Part shown: piece by piece, positions 26,991-40,266 of the stretch
Layout: each line of letters opens with the position of its first letter
How positions within the stretch are numbered: position 1 is the stretch's first letter
From: Octopus bimaculoides
Lineage: Eukaryota
Direction of reading: 5' to 3'
DNA length: 64,000 nt
NCBI RefSeq assembly: GCF_001194135.2
Contig: NC_068990.1
Coordinates: 84,164,912-84,228,911, forward strand
Notes under the pieces: model-generated
What the model was told of the DNA's origin: nothing
The model's database searches: none
The model's input: the letters and a program-made list of their open reading frames with translations, nothing else
Translations under genes and position numbers: made by a program

Positions 26991-27469
26991 TTAGAATGTG
27001 GGTTTAAAAAAGAAAATGTTCAGCCTTTAAGATAAAACTGAAAGTGTTCCAAAGCAGAATAGGTCTAACTTTTGAAGAAAGGATAATACCAAAACAACAC
27101 TGGTTTTAAGGGATACCAGAATAGGTTTAATCTATTCAACAGAGAACAGTTCAATATAGTTATAACTATGACAAGTCCTCAAATTAAAAATTATTTTCCT
27201 TATCAAAGTTGAATGGAAAGACAGAACAGTAAATTGAGAGAGCATGTAGGAAACAAGACTAAATGTCATATAGTGTTCAGCTTCATTACTCAATATTCTC
27301 TCCAAATTTAACCAGAATCAAATTTGCATTCTGTTCCCATGGGGGATGGATCAATTAATTCCATAGCTTCCCTTGAAAATTTGGCTTTGTGCCTAGTCAA
27401 AACAAATTAAAGATAAACAAAAGACAAAAAAACTACACAAAGATGTGTGTGGCAGAGGTGAGAGAGAGA

Positions 27470-27830
27470 GAAGCATGGTGTGTGCGTAAGCTCACTTTGT
27501 AACGATGTGGTTTCAGGTTCAGTCTCACAATGCAGCACCTAGGGCCAGTGTGAGCTACTGTACCTCCATGCTAACCTATACCTTGAGAGTGAATTTGCAA
27601 GATGGAAACTATGACGAAGCCCACCATATATGCATGTGTGTGTTAGTGCCCACTACTTGACAACTGGTGTTGGTTTATGCACCTGTAAATCAGTAGCTTG
27701 GCAAAAGAGACAAATAGAATAAGTAGCAGACTTTAAAATAAGTACCGGGGCCAATTTGTTTGACTAAATCCTTTGAGATAGTGCCCCAAGATGGATGTAG
27801 TCCAATGACTGAAATAAGTAAAATGATATA
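27470..27830 (+). mobile_element. SINE family A, diverged near-full-length copy
   Basis: Colinear with 31722-32136, ending ...gtccaatgactgaaataagtaaaa. Confidence 0.75.
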
Positions 27831-27841
27831 TATATATAATT

Positions 27842-27847
<6 letters not shown>

Positions 27848-27936
<89 letters not shown>
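27848..27936. repeat. (AT)n(AC)n compound microsatellite
   Basis: Directly visible. Confidence 0.95.
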
Positions 27937-27937
<1 letters not shown>

Positions 27938-28531
27938 ACTCTGATATGGTTTGAACACAAAATGTAGAGGGGAAACAATGCTGTAAAGTATATATACCAG
28001 TGCCCCAATGTTCCTCCTGTTTAACCATTGCTCTACATCAACAATAATAATTAACACTAGTTTTCACATAGATCAAAACATATGCTTCCTTACACACACA
28101 TTTCAAAAAACAAAACAAAAAACAGTGTGTATGAAGCAATGCAAGTAATCAGAGGGAGATAAAAAAAATCAATTAAACAACACCTGCAGTAGAATATTAC
28201 TCAATGTAATGTTATTTAGTTCATAAATCCAGCTATGAGATCATATCCTCTAGTTTGTAAGAACAAAAATGGACAAGAGAAATGTATTGTATAGTCTAAC
28301 ATGTTAGTCATATCCAAGAGTGAAGATGAGGAGGTTGGTGGTATCTGTGTTTTCTGTAAGGGAGTCATTATGACCTTAAAATCAAAGTTATAAATTAGCA
28401 TACATTAACATCAGTGCTTTGATAATTTATACATTTAGATTTATTTAAACTCTTCAAACTAGTATAAGTCAGTTCCATTCAACTCCTATCTATCCATTTT
28501 AGGGCTCCTACAAGCCACACATGTATCTTAA

Positions 28532-28748
28532 CCCTTTAGCATTTAAACCGGCCATATCCAGTCAAAATATTTTACCTGTTTCATTTTCAAACCGGCCAGA
28601 TTCAGCTTATCACACTTAGCCTACAATATTATTCTAGAAATAAGCTATTACATCACTGAAATCTCAAAGCTGCAAAGTAATGCATGACTAATTCAAAACA
28701 ATGTGAATAAAAAATTACATTTGACAGAGAAATCTGAACATTAAAGGG
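28532..28748 (+). mobile_element. piggyBac-type TTAA MITE, 217 bp, best-preserved copy
   Basis: TTAA-CCCTTTAGCATT ... AACATTAAAGGG-TTAA: TTAA TSDs at 28528-28531 and 28749-28752 with CCC/GGG termini. Confidence 0.88.
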
Positions 28749-30429
28749 TTAAACTAAAGAGTTCTAAAAATCTTTTTAAATAACTTCTGTTAGAAGTTTG
28801 TTTTCTTATCTTTTTTTTTATACCTCTTTTGTTTTTGTTTTCCCCCAAATGCTCCTCACATTAAATACTAACAATATGATAAGGATTAATTCAATCAGCT
28901 GCAACCTGAACTCTATTTTGACATACTCATCAAAAGAAGAAAATTAATACCTATGACCTTTGCAGGATTTCTCTCAAACTGATGATATTGATGAAGTAGA
29001 TCATGATCAACCTGAATACTCACAGGACAATGTCTGTATGAATAAAGAAGGAATCAGAAATCTGGCCTGAATGCTTGCAACTAAGTAAATTCCACTACAA
29101 GTACTTAAGGACTGTGTGCTGATATCAAATCAAGTAGACTTACTACTCAATATGAAAAGCGGCCTTGAACCCATTCAAAAGGAAATATCAATTATTCAGT
29201 AGAAAATCAAATCTGAATTATTCATTTCTAAAGCAATTCTGAAAATAACATGAACAAATATAAGAATGTAGATAATTTCAAAATAAATAATAAAAAAATG
29301 TAAATAATTCCAAATAAAATTTATATATCTATCTTTTAGATAATAAAGTAGTAAAATCAGTAGATCACTAAAATAAATACTTAGTGCTTAATCCTGTTTT
29401 GAATCCTATCAAAATCAAGTCTACCTTTTGTCCATCTACAGTTGATAGCATATGCAGTAACGGTTATATATACCATAAGTCAATTCATTGGACTCTATTT
29501 CACCCTTGCCTTACACATGTTTGGACTTGCACCAATGTCACAAATCATTAGTAAAATCATTAGTGTTATTACTATTATTTTTAATGTAGACTACTAACGG
29601 TTGAATTAGGTAATAAATACTGAAACAGCTATTTTAATCTTACCATTATAATAACAACAATTTCACTGAGATAAAACCTCATCACATGACAGGATTTAAA
29701 ATGATAGCTATAAATTAATCCAATACAAGTACTTTGTATAAGAATGGCTTATAATAGTGCTTGTAACAAACAGTAAACAGTAGACATAAAGTAATATAAA
29801 CAATTCAAATACTATCATACATTTGGAGTTCACATGATACCTTGGGTTGATAAAATAAATGTAACATAATGCAGTTGATTTTGTGTCTTTGCAACATTAG
29901 CCATATCTCATATTGGCAAGAAACATTTCTGTATAAGAGTTTCTAAACATGAAAAAAATTCAAACTCAAAAGGTGAAAAATTTTAATATCTGATAAATTT
30001 GAGTGATCGGAAAAAGAAAACTTATTTCATTTATTTTTCTTCAAAAAAAATGTTTGGTTAAAATAATAACGTTATAGCCATGATGGGTGTGCTGATATTA
30101 AATCAGAGGGTTAGACTTAACATACTTAACAGTAATACATTTCACTTGTGCCATTAATACCATAGGGAAAGGCATTAGTGTCACAAAATCATGTTACATT
30201 CTCTGTAAATCAATATCCAGAAGTGCCATAAGTCAACAGAGAGCAGTAAACAAACCTGCAACGATTTGTTCAATGAAATAAACCAATGAAGAAACCACTG
30301 TGCAATTGCTTGACTCACTAGAAATAATAGCTAAATCTCCTTTGTATCACATCCTACCATCTTAAAGCAAGGAATAGTCTAAAAACAAAAGATGGAGTAG
30401 TCACAACTGGAATACTTTCAACCACATAT

Positions 30430-30590
30430 ATATATATACTCTTTTACTTGTTTCAGCCATTTGACTGCGGCCATGCTGGAGCACCGCCTTTAGTCGAGCA
30501 AATCGACCCCAGGACTTATTCTTTGTAAGCCTAGTACTTATTCTATCGGTCTCTTTTTGCCGAACCGCTAAGTTACGGGAACGTAAACAC
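30430..30590 (-). mobile_element. SINE family A, 3' portion, young
   Basis: Near-exact reverse complement of ~31970-32120. Confidence 0.85.
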
Positions 30591-31407
30591 ACTTGCCCAA
30601 GTGTGTCTTCAAAGACAAATACTTTGTTGTTAAGCCTGATAACTCAACATGTCTAAAGATGTACAAAAAACATATATACAGGAATGGTTTGGGATAGAAA
30701 AACTGCTTAACCCTTTAGCATTCACATTATTCTATCAAATGTAAGGCTTATTCTCATATANNNNNNNNNNNNNNNNNNNNNNNNNNNNNNNNNNNNNNNN
30801 NNNNNNNNNNNNNNNNNNNNNNNNNNNNNNNNNNNNNNNNNNNNNNNNNNNNNNNNNNNNNNNNNNNNNNNNNNNNNNNNNNNNNNNNNNNNNNNNNNNN
30901 NNNNNNNNNNNTACAAAGTCTGGTTTGGTGTTCAGTAACAACTGAGTATACACTTATTTACAACCATTCCACTAAAATAGCCCTTGGAAAAAACATTAAC
31001 ATTAAACATTTTTTTGTCTCTTATAAAGGATTTGTTGATTTTTTTTTTTTTTTTTTTTTAAATCAATACTTGATATGTATCATTATTACTGGGATGAAGT
31101 AACAGAATGCTGAAATTTTAAATCCTAATTATCTCCAGATGAGAGCAGGCAAGCTACAATGGACCAAAAAGCTTAAGATGAAGAGGACTGTAGTCAGATG
31201 ATATCGCATTCCACTATGATGACAGGCACAACCAACAAATAAGTATCACTTTATTTAAAAAAGGATAGGCAGCAATTCAAATAAGTACTTATAAATACAA
31301 TATGTTCTTCAGACACAAATACTTTGTTAAGCCTGATAACTCAACATGTCTAAAGATGTACAAAAAACATATATACAGGAATGGTTTGGGATAGAAAAAC
31401 TGCTTAA

Positions 31408-31597
31408 CCCTTTAGCATTCACATTATTCTGTCAAATGTAAGGCTTATTCTCATTGTTTAATCCGCTTAATCTTATAGCTTTGAGATTTTGATGAGGTAA
31501 CTTAATTTTTAGAATGATCTTGTAAGGCTGGTGTGGGAGGCTAGATCTGGACTGTGGAACATTTTGGTTGCATATGGCCAGTTTAAATGCTAAAGGA
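31408..31597 (-). mobile_element. piggyBac-type TTAA MITE
   Basis: TTAA at 31404-31407 and 31598-31601; termini ccctttagcatt ... aatgctaaagga. Confidence 0.82.
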
Positions 31598-31721
31598 TTA
31601 AACTTACGTTTTAATTTTTTGACAGCCCTATATACAGTATACTAGTTCAGCTCTTTGGGAAATTTAGACTATATTTAGGGAGGTTTCAAAGTAAGTTAAT
31701 GAATTAAATATGTTTAACATA

Positions 31722-32136
31722 GGCGCAGGAGTGGCTGTGTGGTAAGTAGCTTGCTTACCAACCACATGGTTCCGGGTTCAGTCCCACTGCGTGGCACCTT
31801 GGGCAAGTGTCTTCTACTATAGCCTCGGGCCGACCAAAGCCTTGTGAGTGGATTTGGTAGATGGAAACTGAAAGAAGCCCGTCGTATATATGTATATATA
31901 TATATGTATGTGTGTTTGTGTGTCTGTGTTTGTCCCCCCCATCATCGCTTGACAACTGATGCTGGCGTGTTTACGTCCCCGTAACTTAGCGGTTCGACAA
32001 AAAGAGATTGATAGAATAAGTACTAAGCTTCCAAAGAACAAGTCCTGGGGTCGATTTGCTCGACTAAAGGCAGTGCTCCAGCATGGCCGCAGTCAATTGA
32101 CTGAAACAAGTAAAAGAGTAAAAGAGAGTAAAGAGT
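31722..32136 (+). mobile_element. SINE family A, full-length young tRNA-derived SINE
   Basis: A-box-like TGGCTGTGTGG and B-box-like GGTTCAGTCCC in the head, then a ccttgggcaagt central motif, an internal (TA)/(TG) tract and a (TAAAAGAG)n tail. Many copies in the window. Confidence 0.92.
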
Positions 32137-32612
32137 GAGTATAACTGTTGACAAAATCCCCTATAACTTTGATCATGAAACCAATTCTGTAAGACAAAAG
32201 AGGGTCAAACTGACACAACATACTGGCTTATTTCTACTCAAAAGAATATATTCATTCTGCGAAAAAAAAAACAAAAAAACCAATGTCTATTATCAATTAA
32301 GATCCACTGAGTAACATACCTTAACTTGATATTTAACATTATAGATATAGCTTGAAAATTTGATCTTGAGCTATTGTTATAAAAAGGTATGTGGGACATT
32401 GATGTGCTAAAAAAAAGAATACCTAACATTTCAGGAATAGCTTTTTACTTTAGAATCTTCTCAAAACATACTGACTTTTGCCAAGGACATTAACTGCAAT
32501 CCTTACTGAATTCTAGTGATCATTTTAAGAAACATTAACAGATAAAAACAAAACACTTATACTAACTTTGCCCCATTGCATTTTGTTTTGGATCTTAAAT
32601 AAAGGATCTAAT

Positions 32613-33225
32613 TTACTCTTTTACTCTTATAATTGTTTTAGTTATTTGACTGCGGCCATGCTGGAGCAGTGCCTTTTAGCCGAACAAATCGACCCCGGGA
32701 CTTATTCTTTGGAAGCCTAGTNNNNNNNNNNNNNNNNNNNNNNNNNNNNNNNNNNNNNNNNNNNNNNNNNNNNNNNNNNNNNNNNNNNNNNNNNNNNNNN
32801 NNNNNNNNNNNNNNNNNNNNNNNNNNNNNNNNNNNNNNNNNNNNNNNNNNNNNNNNNNNNNNNNNNNNNNNNNNNNNNNNNNNNNNNNNNNNNNNNNNNN
32901 NNNNNNNNNNNNNNNNNNNNNNNNNNNNNNNNNNNNNNNNNNNNNNNNNNNNNNNNNNNNNNNNNNNNNNNNNNNNNNNNNNNNNNNNNNNNNNNNNNNN
33001 NNNNNNNNNNNNNNNNNNNNNNNNNNNNNNNNNNNNNNNNNNNNNNNNNNNNNNNNNATATATGACGGGCTTCTTTCAGTTTCCGTCTACCAAATCCACT
33101 CACAAGGCTTTCCTCAGCCCGAGGCTATAGTAGAAGACACTTGCCCAAGGTGCCACGCAGTGGGACTGAACCCGGAACCATGTGGTTGGTAAGCAAGCTA
33201 CTTACCACACAGCCACTCCTGCGCC
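32613..33225 (-). mobile_element. SINE family A, young copy interrupted by an N gap
   Basis: Both ends are near-exact reverse complements of 31722-32136. Confidence 0.9.
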
Positions 33226-35074
33226 ATTTTTTTTTTTTTTTCTTACTAAGAAATCCAAATTTCAAAAGTTTAAAATTTCAGAACAGTAGAGGCAATATAG
33301 TTGCAGCTGTATCAAAACTAATGTAACCCCAAGTACAAACACACCTACTCATAATTTATAATTTGGGAATAACAAAATAAAAAAACAAAGAGGAAAAAAA
33401 AAAATCAATATTCATGAATGTATTTAATACAAAGAGGAAGTTTTCAGACTTACAAATAAGACAGAGTTTACTGTGACAGTTCATGAAAGTGTTTTGTGTA
33501 CCTGTGACAAAGTGATACTGAATACCATCTGTGCTACAGACATAATTTGTTTGTCCATTAAATGCACAATACAAAAGACATCACTTTCAACTGTAAGTTT
33601 TGCCTTTAGACATAGAGAACTATGTAACCATAAAATAGCTAGTAAAAAATTAAAAGAAAAAAAAACTTTCATCAGTTTTTCAAAAGAATTATCAAATGAT
33701 GGTTTTAAATATTTAGTATATATTCCATCAATTTGTCAGCTAAGCTCAAAAGTAAATGCTTACTTCCTTCATGGATACATTGCCATTAGATGAGTATGTT
33801 AAATATGTCCAGATAATGCTGTGTGCAAATATAAGTCTAGAGTAAACCAAATAGTTAGGAAGCTGATCTATCATAGGCAACAATTCCAGATCATGCAGCA
33901 ACTGAACAACACAAACCAGTGTAAAACCAATTTTACATTGTTACCACTGTATAATGCAACACTTGGGTTTTTAAAAAAAAGTAAGGACACATTGTATAAT
34001 GTAGTCCTAAGTATACTTAGGTGAAATAAAAATGGGACAATAATTACAGGAACACTTTTGATCGTAGGACTGTTTGATCGTGATCTGACATGGAGTAGAA
34101 CAGTAACAGCCACTTGCAGCATCTACTTAAAGACATCATCATCATCATCACAGGATACAAATCACCAATCCCCCATTGGTTTCCCTGAATTCTATCAGCT
34201 CAGTCATCCACTCCCTTTACAAAGAGGAAGCCTCAAATTTATTAATGAAGAGAAATTATATCCTGTGAGGCATGATTTCCTCATTATAGTAAAATAATAC
34301 TGAATATGAGGTCAATTTGATACATTTAACATGAATTGTATCACCTAGGTTTCAGAACTTATCTATTATTGTATAGTCTATAGTCTTTGATGCCTAACAT
34401 TTCTCCTCTACTGTATCCCACTAACTAGTAATGTGTATCTTGTACATCTGAAGCCATTGTTCACTTTTGCGTGCCAAAAATCCCACTGTAGATGTGTAAA
34501 TAAATTCTTTAAGAATAACAGCAGAACAAATCGTGCAGACCTAAATGAGAAGGAAACTGTATACAAAGTTGTTCACATTCATGCTAAATTGAGAAAGCCT
34601 GGATAAATTATAATAAAACAAAGTTACATGTTATTCAATATCAGTATCCACTTAACTAAGGAACAATCCCATGTGTACAATCCATTAATGATTCAACTTC
34701 CACTCTTAATATTGCACCATCCAGAAATGTTCTCAATTCTTTCCTGTTATACAGCTGCCACCTGGAGAAAGTGAGTCACATTTCCTACACACACACACAA
34801 ACATGCACTACCACCACAAATTTATGATATACATGACAGTTTCACATTTAAGTTGAAGTAGATATAACTACTACATATACTTTTAACATGGATGAGGTCT
34901 CTAAATCCCAACATAGAAGCTGAAATAGTTTTCAAATACAACTCCTTAGCTAACTGTATGTACAGACTCAAGTTTCGGTATGATTAAGCCTCTAGCCCTC
35001 TTCAAATAGAAACCTAAGTTAAAGTCACAAAGGAGGGGGTGGGTGGAAAAGAGGGAGAGAAAATATTACAAAAA

Positions 35075-35111
<37 letters not shown>

Positions 35112-36465
35112 AGTACTATCTGAACAATAGCTGCATGGGTAGTTTTAATATGACAGAAAACCAAACCATAAATCCTAGCTATTATCAGATTGTATTGACA
35201 GACAGGTTACATCATAAAAAAATCACTATGACGGAAGTTAAGCCTTGTTTTAAGTAACACGTTCTATATCATGGACTCTTCCCCCTACCCAGCAAACGAA
35301 GATTCAAACTGAGATACCAAATGCATCATAAGGGCCAAAGGAATTTATTTTTCCTTTATTTCCACTCACATACATTGTAAATCATGTCAAATAAGATAAC
35401 CAAGAGACAAAATACTGATTTCTTTCAATTAGATGCAAAAACAAATATATTGCCAACACTTGCTTTATCAACCTCAAAGTGTAACAAGCACCTCAGCACA
35501 TAAAAGATACCAGCCCATCCATCCTGCTGAATTGAACACAGCACTTGCAAACTAACACACCTCTTAACTTTAGTTCTACAGCTATTGCTTTGAGCAGTCG
35601 TTATGTTTCAACACTGTTGAATATATTTTCAGCTTATGTAGACTGATCCATTTAGGAGTTATATTTGTTAATGCCTAAGATGCAAATTTACTTAACACAT
35701 CACTATTTTACCAGAATAGTTTGTGAGAAGAAAACAACATGAAGTGTTTTGCTCAAGAACACAGTGCACCATCCTGTCCAGGAACTGAAACCATGATCTT
35801 GCGAGTCCAGCTCCTTAACCACTAGGCCATGCACCCTCTCTCTCTCTATCTCTATCATATATATATTTTTATATATGTAACAAACAAATAAACATATGAA
35901 TTGGAGCATGACATGGTCCTCCAGCTTGTCAGATCCTGCCAAACATTCAATGTTGTATGCACAAGTGCTTATGTATGAAGTGTGTATATATCTTACATAC
36001 AGGAGGGGGGGGCATATACATACACACAACAGCAACATGTTCCTGTCCCTTTTATCATATTTTAATAACCACTCAACACCCAGCAAAAACCATTTCCCTT
36101 TCTTCTATAATCCCACTCAGTCAAAAGAGTTGCTTAATTTTGAAAGCTACATAGCAGCCTCACTAGTGCCAGTGCCATGGAAAACAAGCACCCGGTGCAC
36201 ACTGTAAAGGAGTTGGTATTTGGAAGAGCATCCAATCAAACAGATCATGCTGAAGCTGAGACACTGAAGTAAAATGTGGCCCCCAACCTGTTAGAACCTG
36301 CCAAACCCACGCCAGACATAAATTATGATGATATGCACCTGTACTGGTTCCAGTCATTGGTCTGTAACCATTCTGGGATACAGCTTTCAGGAATTTTCAC
36401 TAATCATATCAACCACTGTACTAGTTCCAGTTTCACTCTTATTTTATCATTTCTATCAACTAATT

Positions 36466-36560
36466 CAGTGGTTCTTAACCAAGGGTGAATCGCCCCCTTG
36501 AAGGTGAAAATTGAATCTTTTTGTGGAACATCACCAATGTCAGGGCTCACACTAGTTAGT
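36466..36560 (+). mobile_element. Possible left end of a hAT (Charlie-like) element
   Basis: CAGTGGTTCTTAACC terminus. Partner TIR not seen; it may lie in the gap at 36625-36756. Confidence 0.35.
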
Positions 36561-36810
36561 CCTTTCTACATTTAAATTTAGAATAAAGTTTTATTTTAAT
36601 TCATTTTTCTTTTGCATTTACTTGNNNNNNNNNNNNNNNNNNNNNNNNNNNNNNNNNNNNNNNNNNNNNNNNNNNNNNNNNNNNNNNNNNNNNNNNNNNN
36701 NNNNNNNNNNNNNNNNNNNNNNNNNNNNNNNNNNNNNNNNNNNNNNNNNNNNNNNNACTTATTTATGTTTTACCTGTGTGCCATAAAGGAATGTAATTTA
36801 ATGCATGCCA

Positions 36811-36856
<46 letters not shown>

Positions 36857-36883
36857 AAATATATGTACATAAAAAATAAAATT

Positions 36884-36932
<49 letters not shown>

Positions 36933-37861
36933 TGCATATAATGTACATACATACATGTACATACTGTATCATCGTAGTTTTTGAAAGAACATTCAGTAAT
37001 GAGTCTTGTAGACTAACAAGCAGTAAGTTAATCAGAGAACAGAAATGGATCACAGGCATCACCAATTGAAATCAAGCCCAAATTACCTACCTAACCCAAA
37101 AATACATTGGAAACAACATACACACAGAAAGGTGGGTAGGCAGCTTCCAGCAGAAAGGTTATCAAAATAGATACATTTCAACGAGAATAAGGTTCCTACT
37201 GAAGTGGCTTACATTTCAACTTGCAGATCATTACCTACATCTTTAAATTATTTGGCAGACTCAGTAGAGTAACTACTGAGTCTGCCAAAGTGTCTAGTGG
37301 TGCTTAATTGTGTTCATTTAAATTCAGAGTTCAAATCCTACCAAGATTTACTTTTGTCTTTTATGTGTCTATACCAATCAAGTGCAGAGGATTTATCTTA
37401 ATCAACAATTTTTCTCAAAATGTATGGCTACGGTAAAATTAATAGAGTAGCACACAAAGTGCCTAACAGTATTTAGCTGTGTAACTTTAAAAGCTTTTAG
37501 TTCAATGCTAGCAATGGTCAACTTTGTTTTTCATCCTTCTGAGCTTGATAAGTACCAGTGAGTACTGATGACCGAAGTAGCTATATCCATCCTCCACATT
37601 TGCTCACAAGATTCATTAAGTAAAATGGAATTTCATCAATCAACAGTTATCTTCCCTTCATCTTTATCATTTTACATCTACTTTCCATACTGGCACAATT
37701 AGACAGGTCGTCACAGTCCAGATCAGTTCTTGTTCAGAATTACTGCTCTCCTAGACAACCTGGAGGATAGCATCTTGCTTGTATATTCCATCCTTGGTAG
37801 GGTTTCTATGACTGGCTGCCCTTCCTAACACATGGTTGAGTGCATTTTACAGTGGCTATGC

Positions 37862-37864
<3 letters not shown>

Positions 37865-37917
<53 letters not shown>
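37865..37917. repeat. (TG)n microsatellite
   Basis: Directly visible. Confidence 0.95.
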
Positions 37918-37921
<4 letters not shown>

Positions 37922-37987
37922 ATGCAGTGCCATTCCCCAGCATGGCTGCAGTCCAATGACAGTAACAATATATACATATATATATTG

Positions 37988-38172
37988 CGACTGGCCCTCA
38001 TGCCGGTGGCATGTAAAAGCACCCACTACACTCTCGGAGTGGTTGGCGTTAGGAAGGGCATCCAGCTGTAGAAACTCTGCCAGATCAGCCTTCTGGCTTG
38101 CCAGTCCTTAGTCAAATCGTCCAACCCATGCTAGCATAGAAAGCGGACGTTAAACGATGATGATGATGATGA
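37988..38172 (+). mobile_element. RTE-type 3' tail element (family C) with (GAT)n tail, young
   Basis: ...ggaagggcatccagctgtagaaactctgcc...cccatgctagcatagaaagcggacgttaaacgatgatgat is the same tail that ends the RTE copies at 43968, 57140 and 62276. Confidence 0.85.
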
Positions 38173-38419
38173 TACATATATATACATATATCTTAGCACA
38201 TATATATATGTATACATATGGTAGCACATATATACACATACATCTCCAGACATATATATGTGTACATGTATGTACATATACATTTTTACATAAATACATA
38301 CATATTCATAGCAACAAAGTGTGTGTATGTGAGTGTGTTTATTTATATAAACAGATATACAGATATATTTGTTTTTTTTTAAAGATAGTTTTATTGTTTT
38401 AGCTTTTACGAATAAAGCT

Positions 38420-38666
38420 TGCTGTAGTAGCACCGCCTCCTGTGTGTGTATGTATGTGTAAAATACTCAAGTGCTGCTGCTCATGAGAGTGGTGACGTAA
38501 GGAACACAAAATAAATCTTCCTTGGGATAAATTTACAAACCAAAAATTTGACATTCCTTGTCATCGACATTGCAATATGTGAGCTGCTTCAGCACTTCAT
38601 TTTTTTAACCCATCAATTTCCTCCCAGTTTTTTTTTAATTTTTTTTTTATTTTTATACATCTGTAA
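38420..38666 (+). promoter_or_regulatory. Putative promoter / 5' UTR of an unnamed + strand transcript
   Basis: GC-box-like caccgcctcc (38431-38440) and CRE-like TGACGTAA (38493-38500). Start of a CpG-retaining zone that extends to ~40.6 kb. Confidence 0.45.
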
Positions 38667-39193
38667 ATGGTCGAAAGGAAGAAAAATGTGAAGGACGATG
38701 ACCATTTGCTAGACATCCGGTCAGTATGTATATATCTCATCCTCCTACACAGTGGGAATTGAGAAACGTGAGCAAAGCTATTTCTGACATAAGAAAACTA
38801 GCAGGGTGGCGGGGGTGGGGGTACAAAGCGAAGTGGTTAGGCAAATGATTAAAATATTTCAATAATGTAATCAGATTATTATAATAAAATTTGGGGCAAA
38901 TGCCAGGTTTTTGAAATTTNNNNNNNNNNTACATCTGTAAATGGTCGAAAGGAAGAAAAATGTGAAGGACGATGACCATTTGCTAGACATCCGGTCAGTA
39001 TGTATATATCTCATCCTCCTACACAGTGGGAATTGAGAAACGTGAGCAAAGCTATTTCTGACATAAGAAAACTAGCAGGGTGGCGGGGGTGGGGGTACAA
39101 AGCGAAGTGGTTAGGCAAATGATTAAAATATTTCAATAATGTAATCAGATTATTATAATAAAATTTGGGGCAAATGCCAGGTTTTTGAAATTT
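38656..39193. repeat. 264-bp direct duplication either side of a 10-N gap (probable assembly overlap artefact)
   Basis: 38656-38919 appears identical by eye to 38930-39193, separated only by Ns at 38920-38929. Confidence 0.9.
38667..38719 (+). CDS. Candidate first coding exon of an unknown gene (MVERKKNVKDDDHLLDI-R)
   Basis: AAATGG start context and CG|GTCAGT donor (phase 2). Lies behind a promoter-like region and is phase-compatible with exon 42544-42649. Duplicated at 38941-38993. Confidence 0.45.
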
Positions 39194-39602
39194 GATTTTT
39201 GATTTTTTTTTTTCCTTTTTCGCAGGAATAAAACAGTCGATGGAATTCATTCCAGTATCTTATAAAATAATACCAAAAAACAAAAAAAAACTGAGCCTTT
39301 GCTACAGTTCTTCAATTTGTATTTGACATCACGAGTGAGAGACTTGCAGGGGCACCGCCTTCAAGCAATAAACAGCAGAAAGTCACAACAAACAGAGCGA
39401 AGAACTAAACACCATAACGTCTGGCAGAGAGAGAGACAGAGAGACTTTATCCCTTCACATTGACAATGACTTTCTTTCGTAACTACGAAATAGCGAAAAA
39501 TTAAAGAACATCTTTTTTTTTTTTTTAGTGTCTGTTAACCTCACCTAACATACACACATATATACTTACACACGTGTGTGGAGACACACACATCTCTCTC
39601 TC

Positions 39603-39635
<33 letters not shown>

Positions 39636-40224
39636 TTTCGCTAATACTAATTGTGAGCTAACTCGTTACTTGACACTAATAATTTTCTATGCCGACAGCT
39701 GAAGTCATATGACACAATCAGATAAAACCGTTTTTTCTCTCTGGTGCAGCAAAAACAAAATAAAAACATAATGATGAAGGAAAGAAGAAGGTAGCAAGAA
39801 AACGGAAATAAAAATATCTAAAAAAAAAAGTTAACGATTAAATAAAAATTTCTAGAGAAACACAGAAGAGAATTTGCGCCGTTGCCTCCCCCAAATGATG
39901 CAGCGAAGTAGAGATTACCATACTAAAAACGAATACGAAAGAATGCTCCAGTGCGCCAAGAATTCCTTCAGATTATATATATATATATATATATATATAC
40001 AAATTAAATGAACAACACACAGACACACACATACAAGGAGGGGTTTCGAGCACCGCGTTGGAAATTATCAAACGATGATTCCTGAAACAATTTACGAAAA
40101 AATAACCAAAAACAATAACTAATTGCAAACAAATTTTGGAGAATAAAATTAAAAAACCAGACACGCACATTATGCCCGTATACATGTGTGTGTGTGTGTG
40201 TGTGTACAGGGGCGTGCATGCATG

Positions 40225-40266
<42 letters not shown>

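Noticed and set aside
28967-29070. + strand acidic terminal-exon-like frame (DFSQTDDIDEVDHDQPEYSQD...)
   Set aside because: Isolated, short, with no upstream partner or homology.
31722-31800. tRNA-like A/B boxes in SINE heads
   Set aside because: They are SINE promoters; no complete cloverleaf or acceptor stem, so no tRNA gene was called.
33502-33638. Minus-strand exon-like segment with a strong acceptor and CAG|GTACAC donor
   Set aside because: No homology to PIP4K or anything I recognise, and no phase-compatible partner found.
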